NCBI GenBank assembly: GCA_964591945.1 | Contig: CAZQBM010000002.1 | Coordinates: 6,550-70,549 of the forward strand | DNA: 64,000 bases | Direction of reading: 5' to 3' | Source of the DNA: an uncultured Lachnospiraceae bacterium | GTDB lineage: Bacteria; Bacillota; Clostridia; Lachnospirales; Lachnospiraceae | Shown here: one piece after another, positions 18,483-27,442 of the stretch | Position numbering within the stretch: position 1 is the stretch's first letter | Layout of the letters: each line of letters begins with the position of its first letter | Program-made: the position numbers and the translations under genes | Notes under the pieces: model-generated | What the model was told of the DNA's origin: nothing | The model's database searches: none | The model's input: only the letters and a program-made list of their open reading frames with translations

Positions 18483-19052
18483 TCAATCCTCATATCTTCT
18501 TGTTGACGCAGTCAATCTCTGATAAATCGGGTCATCTTCTGCCACTTTACTTTTGTATAAAAGAAACTCCGAAAAATAGATTTTATCACCAAAAGCAGAC
18601 AAATCGCTGACCTTTGATTTCAAAATTGCCACCAACTGTAAATTCCACCAAGGTGCGTCCGGATTCAGTTCCTCCTGTTTCTTGCGGACCTTTACAATGG
18701 GGCTAAGATCTTTTACTTGGCTATTACTTATCATAATCGCTTTCAGCTTTGTTAAATTCTCCAGGAAAGAAATATCCTCCAGACTCTTAGCCGTATACAT
18801 ATATAATGCCTTAAGATTTACCATCTGTCTAATTATCTCGTAATCCTCTGCTAACAAATCTACCAGAATGTATAAAGATTCCACTTCCTCTATATTTCCA
18901 ATTTCCTGCTTCCAATTCTCGTTCGTAATATCAATGGTACGCTTAGGCATATTGTTTATCATATTGTACGCATGGGCATCATAGACCCAGGGAATTTGAT
19001 AAGAACGCTCCGTTGCAGGTGTTGCTTTATTATCTAATAAAATTCTGCTCAT
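18483..19052 (-). CDS. Leucine-rich-repeat-like protein
   Basis: MVNLKALYM, LEDISFLENLTKLKAIMISNSQVKDLSPI, SKVSDLSAF LRR-type units. Confidence 0.65.
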   Translation of the reverse strand: MSRILLDNKATPATERSYQIPWVYDAHAYNMINNMPKRTIDITNENWKQEIGNIEEVESLYILVDLLAEDYEIIRQMVNLKALYMYTAKSLEDISFLENLTKLKAIMISNSQVKDLSPIVKVRKKQEELNPDAPWWNLQLVAILKSKVSDLSAFGDKIYFSEFLLYKSKVAEDDPIYQRLTASTRRYED

Positions 19053-19100
19053 ATTATTATTCCTCCCAAATGCTGATTAAGTTACGTCAATAAAATATAT

Positions 19101-19205
19101 TTAGATTTCATATTTTTTACTATATTTCCATTCTTTTATGGCATTTTGCCCTATAGTATTTCTTTCGTTTTTCTTTACGTATAGTATTGCCTTATCCAAA
19201 GACAT
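19101..19205 (-). pseudogene. Small, possibly frameshifted ORF MSLDKAILY..
   Basis: RBS GAAAGGA + ATG at 19205, TAA at 19101; a shifted frame reads KEKRKKYYRAKCH. Confidence 0.3.
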
Positions 19206-19243
19206 AAGTAAATCCAGTCCTTTCTTATAACATTTCAAGCACC

Positions 19244-20032
19244 TTATTTTATACGCACATACGAATCAGTTGAAATGCCACCTTCCGCATCAAGTTTTAC
19301 ATCATAATAAGCTCCGCCATCTTCATCATATGCTAAACATAACAGTTGTTTGGTTCTCGCAACCGAACCATCTATGTAGAAGTGGCTCATTCCGTCATAG
19401 AACACCCCTCTATGATTCTTATCTCTCGAAACGTGTTTAGCCCACACATGTCCCGCTATAATATCTTTTAGAAATTCCCCCTTTGTTGGCGGATATTTTC
19501 CGGTAAAAATAAACTCTGCGGTGCCGTATTTCCAAAGATCTCCTGCCTCCTCATCAATTCCCGCGTGTACGTATATCTGATTTTCGGTCTCATAAAAATA
19601 TGGTAAGTGATTCAACCATTTCATCAATGTTTTATGATTTTCATTAATGCAATTAATAATATATTCGTATACATCTTGAACGCGTCCATTTAAGGCCATA
19701 TCTTGCACTTTCTCTAACTGTTCTTGTTTAAGGAAGGTTCGGCTCGTCTGCAATTTGCAATCTTCTACTAACCACTCATCTCCTATTCCGTGCATATAAT
19801 CCAAAAACCATTCTTCGTGGTTTCCCCGCAAGACAACCAAATTATCTCCAAAACACTGTTGGTAATCATAAATCATTTGAAGTACCCCGTAACTGTCCGG
19901 CCCGCGATCGATATAATCCCCCAACAAAATCAACTTATGCTTGCCGGATTTTAATTCGTTTACTCCAATTGCTTCAATCCAGTCTTTTAACTGTTTTTTA
20001 TGCGCATGAATGTCACTGATTGCAAATATCAT
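19244..20032 (-). CDS. PPP-family Ser/Thr phosphatase-like metallophosphoesterase (lambda-PP/PrpA type)
   Basis: SDIH, LGDYIDRGPDS, RGNHE, HAG, GH motifs. Confidence 0.9.
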   Translation of the reverse strand: MIFAISDIHAHKKQLKDWIEAIGVNELKSGKHKLILLGDYIDRGPDSYGVLQMIYDYQQCFGDNLVVLRGNHEEWFLDYMHGIGDEWLVEDCKLQTSRTFLKQEQLEKVQDMALNGRVQDVYEYIINCINENHKTLMKWLNHLPYFYETENQIYVHAGIDEEAGDLWKYGTAEFIFTGKYPPTKGEFLKDIIAGHVWAKHVSRDKNHRGVFYDGMSHFYIDGSVARTKQLLCLAYDEDGGAYYDVKLDAEGGISTDSYVRIK

Positions 20033-20112
20033 ATCTTCTCATCCTCCATCTCAATTATAATTATGTGCTATTAAAGTTCAAAAAGCTATCAACTTGTGGT
20101 TTAAATTACATA

Positions 20113-20796
20113 TTATTGATCCGTCCCCCAAATTTTATCCCCCGTGATACTACTTCCGTCGCAAAAACGAATTTCGTTAAAATAACTTTCCTTCCAAAAT
20201 CCCCATCTATCAATCTGCTTACCAAACTCTTCGTACGAAAGTTTTTTGCGATGCTCTAAAGTATCTTTAAACCAGGATAAAATTTCCTCGGTATCAAGGT
20301 GTGATGTATTCCTATCGAACCTAAATTGTTTTATCCGCTTACCATCCAATTCCGGATAATTTTTCTGATATGTAATATTCATCCAATACTCGCGGTAATC
20401 AATGCACCAATCATCTCCCCAGCCAATCACACCGGCACTGCATACAATGGCAAGATAGGCAATCATATCCCAGGAATCGCCTGCACAATTTGTCAACCTT
20501 TTATACAATTTGAATTTTATCTTTCGTTCTTTCAAATATGCCGGCAAATCAAAAACAAGACGTCCCTTTTCCTGCACAAAAGGAATGCTTACTACCTTAT
20601 CCTTTTTATTTTCGGTCCAAATTAATTTCGCATTGTCTTTTACTTTTAATTCACGATCATATCCAAGCTTGATATAGGCAGGCTTATGTTTTTTGTCATC
20701 CTTAACATCTAATACCTGATACCAAATTCCCTTCTTTTCCGGATAAACAGCACTCCACACATCATAAACAGAACCTTCATAAAATCTCATAAGCAT
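20113..20796 (-). CDS. Hypothetical protein, paralog of the C-terminal half of 21600-22841
   Basis: Shared FYEG..Y.VW, LDVKDDK.HK.AY..LG..REL.VKDNA, GRLVFDLP. Confidence 0.75.
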   Translation of the reverse strand: MLMRFYEGSVYDVWSAVYPEKKGIWYQVLDVKDDKKHKPAYIKLGYDRELKVKDNAKLIWTENKKDKVVSIPFVQEKGRLVFDLPAYLKERKIKFKLYKRLTNCAGDSWDMIAYLAIVCSAGVIGWGDDWCIDYREYWMNITYQKNYPELDGKRIKQFRFDRNTSHLDTEEILSWFKDTLEHRKKLSYEEFGKQIDRWGFWKESYFNEIRFCDGSSITGDKIWGTDQ

Positions 20797-20846
20797 AATT
20801 CTCCTGTTTGAAAATATTTGACACTGCATTTTTTACAAATAACTTA

Positions 20847-21557
20847 TTATTTTTCCAACGCTTCTTTGCGCTTTCTCAAAAAATCAATCATATATAAAAG
20901 CGCTTCTTTAATTTCTTTTTCTTCCGTCAAATACTTCGGTTCGCTAGGATGCAATCCTTTTATCAACAGTCTCACATTCTTCTGACAGGCGTATTTATAA
21001 TTGAAACCCATTTCAAGATGTTCACGCTTCACCCAAGCTTTCACATCGTTTTCGTCCTTGAAAAATCTTCCCAGAGCGTCTTTTTCAAAGATGTAATAAA
21101 GCGTTGCCGGTACCTCATCGTACATCTTGATATGTTTTCCGTTTAAAGTCATCGTATATCTTTCCGTGTTCATTTTGCGGTCCGGAAGCAAAATATAATT
21201 GCACCGTTGCTCTGCCAATTCAAGGAATTCATCAAGAAGTTTTACTAATTTGTGCTTGGGCGGTAAGTATGCATCCCTATCGTCTGCCAACAGTTTTAAA
21301 CATTCAGGCTGTTTGTAAAACGTAATACCATGCTCCTTATTCAAAAAATTTGCCACCCACTTAACCGGCGTCCAAGCACTCATCAGCGTGTCTGCCCGAA
21401 GATCCCCGTTAAAATACAAGCAATCCATATCATTCTTCTTGCGCCATTCATCTCCGCTACCATCTGCTGCTTTCAGCCAGTAAAGGCAAAAGTTACGAAG
21501 ATGATTGTTTGTGTACTGCTCGCCAAGGTATTCCTGCATCATGTTTTTGTTTGTCAT
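20847..21557 (-). CDS. Hypothetical protein
   Basis: 236-aa ORF with RBS AAGGAG; CNYILLPDRKMN..R segment. Confidence 0.7.
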   Translation of the reverse strand: MTNKNMMQEYLGEQYTNNHLRNFCLYWLKAADGSGDEWRKKNDMDCLYFNGDLRADTLMSAWTPVKWVANFLNKEHGITFYKQPECLKLLADDRDAYLPPKHKLVKLLDEFLELAEQRCNYILLPDRKMNTERYTMTLNGKHIKMYDEVPATLYYIFEKDALGRFFKDENDVKAWVKREHLEMGFNYKYACQKNVRLLIKGLHPSEPKYLTEEKEIKEALLYMIDFLRKRKEALEK

Positions 21558-21599
21558 AGTTTTTTCTCCTTTTCGTATATTCTAATTTATTGTCGCTAA

Positions 21600-22841
21600 C
21601 TACAGGTTCCATTCACGAACTTGATAACCGGCTATCGTCTGCCCATTTCTTAATCGAATGAGTATACCTTCAGATTTACCGATATTCCATTTGTTAAACA
21701 ACTCCTTTAATTCCTTACGCGTAATAGTTGTTTGTTTCTTTAAAGCTTCACGCATCCATTCTTTTAATTCTTTTATGTTCACCATTTCACTTATTTCGTC
21801 AAAATTAATCTCTGCAACATACTCATCCTCCAACTTTAGTACATTTTTTTGAAATACAAGAGTTCCCTCATGATAATTAGGATATTTATCTTCGCCCCAA
21901 TAAATTTCACCGTTATCACAAACAATAACTTTCGCTAAATTCTCCTTCCATTTCCAATATCCATTGCTCTGGAACGGAACATTATGTCGTGCCAACCATC
22001 CGGGCAAATCGAATACGAGTCTCCCATCCTTTTCTTCGAAAATGTTGTGATATGTTCTTGATCTTATACCTTTGTTAAAAATAAATATTGCATTGTCTTT
22101 TACCTCTAATTCTCTGCCGGCTCCCAACAATACATATGCTTTTTTGTGTTGTTTATCATCCTTTACATCTAATATATTGAAGCTATATTTACTCTTCATA
22201 GCCTCGGGATGATAAAGTTCCATCCATACCGGATAAATATCTCCCTCGTAAAAATTTATTACCTCACCAACCGGTTCAACATATTCTTCCAAGAAATCAT
22301 AATCCCACAGATACATACCATATGCTTTCAAACGTAAGCATTCCTGCTCGCGACATGATTTTTCAATTTCAACAACTTTCGTTGGAAATTCAGATTTATT
22401 TAATAAATCAGCCCATTCAAGAATAATTTTTTCTTTACTTACGTTCTCCAAAATTTCACTAACATGCCAATAAAAACTATCATTGACATACAAATGATTT
22501 AGAGAATCTATTTGCCAATGCCACCATTCTTCTCCCGAATTGCACTTACTCTTTTCCCATTCTTTGTTATATGCCATTACGCGTGAACCCCATTGTTCAA
22601 AACGCGAATAAGTACTATATGCGTGAAAAATGTACTTATCTCTAATATTACAAATTTCTATATCAGGGTCTTTTGTTCCATCCATTACATAGCTAATCCA
22701 TTCTCCATTTTTCCTATAAAATGTCATAGTACACAGCTTTTTCTCTTCAGTCTCGGATACGGAGAATGCGATAATTTCTCTTCCTTCTTCCCTTCTTGAT
22801 TCTTTTATTCCAAATTCATATGCATTTATTACTTTTGCCAT
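21600..22841 (-). CDS. Hypothetical protein (Trp/Tyr-rich), C-half paralogous to 20113 ORF
   Basis: Open frame from 22901 or 22841, both with AAGGAG RBS. Confidence 0.75.
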   Translation of the reverse strand: MAKVINAYEFGIKESRREEGREIIAFSVSETEEKKLCTMTFYRKNGEWISYVMDGTKDPDIEICNIRDKYIFHAYSTYSRFEQWGSRVMAYNKEWEKSKCNSGEEWWHWQIDSLNHLYVNDSFYWHVSEILENVSKEKIILEWADLLNKSEFPTKVVEIEKSCREQECLRLKAYGMYLWDYDFLEEYVEPVGEVINFYEGDIYPVWMELYHPEAMKSKYSFNILDVKDDKQHKKAYVLLGAGRELEVKDNAIFIFNKGIRSRTYHNIFEEKDGRLVFDLPGWLARHNVPFQSNGYWKWKENLAKVIVCDNGEIYWGEDKYPNYHEGTLVFQKNVLKLEDEYVAEINFDEISEMVNIKELKEWMREALKKQTTITRKELKELFNKWNIGKSEGILIRLRNGQTIAGYQVREWNL

Positions 22842-22910
22842 AAGCTTATCTCCTTTGCTTTTTATAAGTTTATTAGAAGGTTTACCTTTTTGTTGGCGCA
22901 TCTCCTTTCA

Positions 22911-22949
22911 CTTATAATATGGATTTTTCTGTCTTCAAGATTTTGAAGA
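22911..22949 (-). promoter_or_regulatory. Putative promoter with a palindromic operator over the -35 box
   Basis: TCTTCAA-GATT-TTGAAGA (22932-22949); minus-strand TTGAAG-16-TATAAG. Confidence 0.45.
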
Positions 22950-22973
22950 TAGCGTAAATTTTTCTTTTTTTAT

Positions 22974-23000
22974 AAAAAAAGAACCGCGAATGCGGTTCTT
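22974..23000 (-). terminator. Intrinsic terminator after the sigma-WYL two-gene unit
   Basis: AAGAACCGC-ATTC-GCGGTTCTT then U-tract on the minus strand. Confidence 0.75.
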
Positions 23001-23001
23001 A

Positions 23002-23775
23002 CTAAAATAATTGCTTATTATTTTTTATTGCTTCTTCAAACCTATAAACTAATATCCTTCCACGAATATAGATTATTTTTTCAATAATCTCTTTACTATC
23101 AAGTTTTACAAAATCTGCACCTACTTCTATGTTATCAACAATATTATTAATTTCATTCCATAATTCACATATATCACACTTTTCAATATTATATTCTTTT
23201 ATTACATTATATACATCTTGGTAGTAAATATGTTGACAAGATGCTTTTATATAATCCTTAAATCCATCTATCGGTAAATTATTTATTTCACTCCAATTAC
23301 TTCGCATATACTTTAACATTTCATCCCATCTCTCGTTACAATCTCTATGTACAAATTGTAAACTTCTGTTTAATGTTTTCCCAGGCACAAAGGTAAAATT
23401 ACCGATTTTATGATATGCATATTTTTTCTTTATGTTATAATTCGGATTATTCATCACATCAAATAGTATCTTATACTTCTCATTTGTTTTATTATTATTG
23501 ATGAGTGTATAATATCTATTAATATAAAAATTACAATCTCCTATATACGATGACAATATTTTTGCTAAAAAAATTTGAGATAATGGTGATTGTTCATAAT
23601 CACCCACTTTATCACCCACATTCCACTCTTTGTTTTCATCAAACCTATAATCCCAAAAATCTCTTTGTAAAATATTTGATTTTAATATATCTTCTTCATA
23701 CCATATTTTTTGCATATCACGCCAAAGGCGTTTATCTTTCTCTCTGCAATATGATTTTTTTGCACTATTCTCCAT
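23002..23775 (-). CDS. Hypothetical protein (very AT-rich), overlapping the sigma-WYL gene
   Basis: 257 aa; YHKIGNFTFVPG..LNRS..H..CNERWD segment. Confidence 0.7.
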   Translation of the reverse strand: MENSAKKSYCREKDKRLWRDMQKIWYEEDILKSNILQRDFWDYRFDENKEWNVGDKVGDYEQSPLSQIFLAKILSSYIGDCNFYINRYYTLINNNKTNEKYKILFDVMNNPNYNIKKKYAYHKIGNFTFVPGKTLNRSLQFVHRDCNERWDEMLKYMRSNWSEINNLPIDGFKDYIKASCQHIYYQDVYNVIKEYNIEKCDICELWNEINNIVDNIEVGADFVKLDSKEIIEKIIYIRGRILVYRFEEAIKNNKQLF

Positions 23776-25399
23776 ACATCTCCCACATCTTCTCTACTTC
23801 ATCTCTTATCTTCGCTCTTATTTCCTCATCCATAATTTCCACATTGGTTCCGTACTGCATAGCCCAATGAACAATCATGGACGATGAAGTTTTGACTAAC
23901 ACAATATCATATCCTTCTTCACAAGCCTCGTTGGTTTTCTCATAATGATTGCCAAACCAATCGTGAAGAATCGTATAATCCGTATTCTTAATTTTAATAC
24001 GAATATCTTTGGGCGAATCATATGCCATATTCAAATGCTCGGACATATACTTCTCCGGATCCCAACATGCATTGCTGATGGGAAGACCTTCGAATGCACA
24101 AACTTGTGCAATCACCATTTTACCCTCGTCATCACGCACAATTTCCACGTCTGACATTAAGTCCACACGATAATGCCAGATACGCTTGTCGTCTTTTTTT
24201 AATCCGATACAATAATAATTATCATGATAAACCACCAAATGATAGGGGCTTAAAATATGGGTATAACTCGTCTTAGGAATCATTGCATGGTCAGCGGTAT
24301 AACAGTTAAATTTAAAGCGAATCTGCCCTAAGTTATTAATTGCCTCTTGTATGATTTTTAGCTGATTGGCAAAATTCGTTTTATCCTGAATGCGTCTGCT
24401 GCTGAAGCGACCATGGATTCCACCGGGATTGAACTTTAATTTATCACCATCCCAAAACGGTGTTTTATAATATAAGCTTGTGGTTTCCATCAGTTTCTTA
24501 ATCAACTTTTCTTTTTCTTCTGTTGCAAACATATCCGAAAAACAAATCAGCTGAATTAATTTATCAAGCTCTGCATAGCAAAAGGTATGTACATATGAAA
24601 AGTCGGTTATTTTCTCTGCCTTTTTATCACGTTCTTTTGTAAGCTTGGACTGCAAACGGTTCTCTTTATAACCTGAATATTTTATTCTGTAGTCTTCTTC
24701 ATTTTCTTTTGAATACTCCATCGGATCCAGTTCAGCAAGCATATTTTCCAACGTACTTGTTAATGTATTGTCGGACTCTAACGGCGTTCCGTTATTATGT
24801 TTTGCCACACGATATAAAGTAAGCCTCTGCCCCAATTCATCCTTTGATATACTATGTTCCTCATCTGTCAGAAGACGCAACACTTCCATAATTTGAAGCA
24901 CACGACGTTCTGCACTGTATTTCCCGCGGTCAGGTGCATCCCCAATCGACAAAGTATTTCCCCCTACGAACGGAATACGCTCGGATACATCATCCAAAGA
25001 CACTTGTGCAATTGCCTTCTTCTTATTTTTTATCTTTCCGTCCTGCTCTTCTTTATACGTAGGTCTGTCCGTCAACCCCAACGGATTCATTAAAAAATCC
25101 AATTCCTTCGACATTGCACCATTGATGTCATATTTTGCATATGCGAGAAAAGGGCCTTTTTCCGGATTGTAATTATTTAACGCAGAAATAAAACCCTGCC
25201 ACCCGGCCATGTACAAATCTTCCTCCATAGCCTTTTTACGCTCACCCTCCAGGGTCACAAAAGGTTTTAAGCAGTTCCACGCACAATTATGAACGTAAGC
25301 ATCAAAATGACTGCATAATTCTTCCCATGCCGAATTATCGCCCTTTTTAATTTGTTCAATTAGTGTTACAACTTCATCATTGGTTAAGTGTTTTTCCAT
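23765..25399 (-). CDS. Sigma-70 region-2 / winged-HTH / WYL / WCX fusion regulator
   Basis: N-term LIEQIKKGDNSAWEEL..EDLYMAGWQGFISALNNYNPEKGPFLAYAK..INGAM (sigma 2); RVLQIMEVLRLLTDEEHSISKDEL (wHTH); SPYHLVVYHDNYYCIG..HYRVDLM (WYL); WAMQYGTNVEI (WCX). Confidence 0.8.
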   Translation of the reverse strand: MEKHLTNDEVVTLIEQIKKGDNSAWEELCSHFDAYVHNCAWNCLKPFVTLEGERKKAMEEDLYMAGWQGFISALNNYNPEKGPFLAYAKYDINGAMSKELDFLMNPLGLTDRPTYKEEQDGKIKNKKKAIAQVSLDDVSERIPFVGGNTLSIGDAPDRGKYSAERRVLQIMEVLRLLTDEEHSISKDELGQRLTLYRVAKHNNGTPLESDNTLTSTLENMLAELDPMEYSKENEEDYRIKYSGYKENRLQSKLTKERDKKAEKITDFSYVHTFCYAELDKLIQLICFSDMFATEEKEKLIKKLMETTSLYYKTPFWDGDKLKFNPGGIHGRFSSRRIQDKTNFANQLKIIQEAINNLGQIRFKFNCYTADHAMIPKTSYTHILSPYHLVVYHDNYYCIGLKKDDKRIWHYRVDLMSDVEIVRDDEGKMVIAQVCAFEGLPISNACWDPEKYMSEHLNMAYDSPKDIRIKIKNTDYTILHDWFGNHYEKTNEACEEGYDIVLVKTSSSMIVHWAMQYGTNVEIMDEEIRAKIRDEVEKMWEMYGE

Positions 25400-25453
25400 A
25401 CCTTTCCCTTCGTAATATCCATACTCCGCATCCGCATACTTACCCTGCTACCA

Positions 25454-27268
25454 CTATCGAAAACTCTTCGCCCAATTCAAAAGTGACCCCAAATGTTCAT
25501 TGTCCCTTACCGACCTTATAATCTGCTCTGTCATGGGCGTACCGTTACTACGCATCTTTCCAAGAATCACTTCCTGCAATTCAGCCACGGTCATTTCTTC
25601 GTAGGGCTTATTTAAATCAAGAACTGCTTCAGCTTTCTTCGCAAGTTCCTCAGCGCCCTTATTTGCGCCGATTTGGGCACCTTCTGCCGCCTTGTCAGCA
25701 TCTGCCCCTACAACTGCCTCATCCTTACTCTGAACATCTTCCACAACCTCTGCTTTTACTTCAACAATACTTGCCTGCGCTACAGCCTCAGCTTTTGTCG
25801 CCGGTGCTTCCACAGTTGATTCTTTTAATTCAACCTTTACTTCTTCCTTAACAGGCTGTTCCACCGCCTCAAACTCCATCTGCGCCACTTCACAGGTCTC
25901 GCCCAATTCACAATTCACACAAGACGCCGCAGGTACCCAGATATCGCCGGAATTTGCAACCATATCAATGTTTAAGTTGCCACCACTTGCATTTATTTTA
26001 CGACCGGATAATGCTCCGATGTATTCGCCGTCGGGTGCAGATACACATATGTTGCTGCCGTTTTCGTCGTTATTTACCGCTACAATTACGGTAGAACCCA
26101 GATAACTTCTTGAGAAGGCATACTGTCTGTTGGTAAGACGTAATTCCTTGTAATCACCGAAGTTTAATTCCTTGGTGTTCTGACGGATTTTACCAAGGGC
26201 AGAAATCAACTTCACGCAATCATTGTCGGCTGCCTTGGGACCATACACATCATATGACATTTCAGGACGAAGCGAGTCATCGCTGAACTTCTCCTTACGG
26301 CCCTCAATACCGAACTCCGAACCATAGTAGATGGAAGGAATACCGGGCAGGGTGTACATCAGAATATGTACCGGCGCGAACTGTGCCTTATTGCTAAGTT
26401 TTGTATAGATACGCTCTACGTCGTGGTTATCCACGAAATTGTAGAGTTTCAGGCCATCGGGACGATTCCCGCCCATTTCATACAATCTCTTCACTGTATG
26501 GGCAATTTCAAAGAAGTTATGGTCGTTGTGGCCGGAATACAATGCCTTATGTAAGTGGTAGTTGGTTACGGAGTGCAATGTGCTTTCATTTGCCCAGCGA
26601 ATGTAATCGCCGTGGATTACTTCGCCCATCAGCCAGAACTCAGGCTTTACTTCATTTGCGGTCTGACGCAATGCCTTCATAAAATCAAAGTCCAAAACAT
26701 CTGCCGCATCCAAACGAATGCCATCCACGTCAAATTCCTGTACCCAGAAACGGATTACATCGCAGATATAATCTTTTACCGCCGGATTCTTCTGATTTAA
26801 CTTCGCAAGCAGATTGTAGCCGCCCCAATTTTCATAGGTAAAACCATCGTTATATTCGTTATTGCCCCAGAAATTTACGTTACAGTACCAATCCTTGTAC
26901 TGTGAACCTTCACGCTTCTCCTTAATATCCTTAAAAGCAAAGAAGTCGCGGCCGGTGTGATTGAATACACCGTCAAAAATAACTTTTACGCCCTGTGCGT
27001 GACATTCCGCCACAAATTTCTTCAAAGTTTCGTTGGTTCCCAAACGGCTGTCCAGTTTGCGGTAATCCGTAGTTTCATAACCGTGCCCTACGGACTCAAA
27101 CAAGGGTCCTATGTAAAGTGCATTACAACCGATATTCTTAATATGTGAAATCCAGGGAATCAATTGATTCAATCTCTCCACCGGTTCCCCGTAGGAATTC
27201 TCCTTGGGTGCCCCAGTCATACCCAACGGATAAATGTGATAAAAAACTGCGTTGTCATACCATGCCAT
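25454..27268 (-). CDS. GH13 alpha-amylase family (cyclomaltodextrinase/maltodextrin glucosidase-like) with acidic linker and small C-terminal domain
   Basis: HGY.T.DY, DGVFNH, DGIRLDAA, GEVIH, FVDNHD, YYGSE. Confidence 0.92.
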   Translation of the reverse strand: MAWYDNAVFYHIYPLGMTGAPKENSYGEPVERLNQLIPWISHIKNIGCNALYIGPLFESVGHGYETTDYRKLDSRLGTNETLKKFVAECHAQGVKVIFDGVFNHTGRDFFAFKDIKEKREGSQYKDWYCNVNFWGNNEYNDGFTYENWGGYNLLAKLNQKNPAVKDYICDVIRFWVQEFDVDGIRLDAADVLDFDFMKALRQTANEVKPEFWLMGEVIHGDYIRWANESTLHSVTNYHLHKALYSGHNDHNFFEIAHTVKRLYEMGGNRPDGLKLYNFVDNHDVERIYTKLSNKAQFAPVHILMYTLPGIPSIYYGSEFGIEGRKEKFSDDSLRPEMSYDVYGPKAADNDCVKLISALGKIRQNTKELNFGDYKELRLTNRQYAFSRSYLGSTVIVAVNNDENGSNICVSAPDGEYIGALSGRKINASGGNLNIDMVANSGDIWVPAASCVNCELGETCEVAQMEFEAVEQPVKEEVKVELKESTVEAPATKAEAVAQASIVEVKAEVVEDVQSKDEAVVGADADKAAEGAQIGANKGAEELAKKAEAVLDLNKPYEEMTVAELQEVILGKMRSNGTPMTEQIIRSVRDNEHLGSLLNWAKSFR

Positions 27269-27442
27269 TTTATAATAAATCTCCTGTTTTTCTTAATTTT
27301 TCAACCTCTCTATTCTACCATAAAAGCAGTGTTTGGGCAATAAATTTCAGGTCTTGTGCCGACTCTCAACCCGGGATTATCAGACTACAATTGCCTTATT
27401 TTATAATATAAAAACAGCGTGCTTATCGCACGCTGTGATCTA

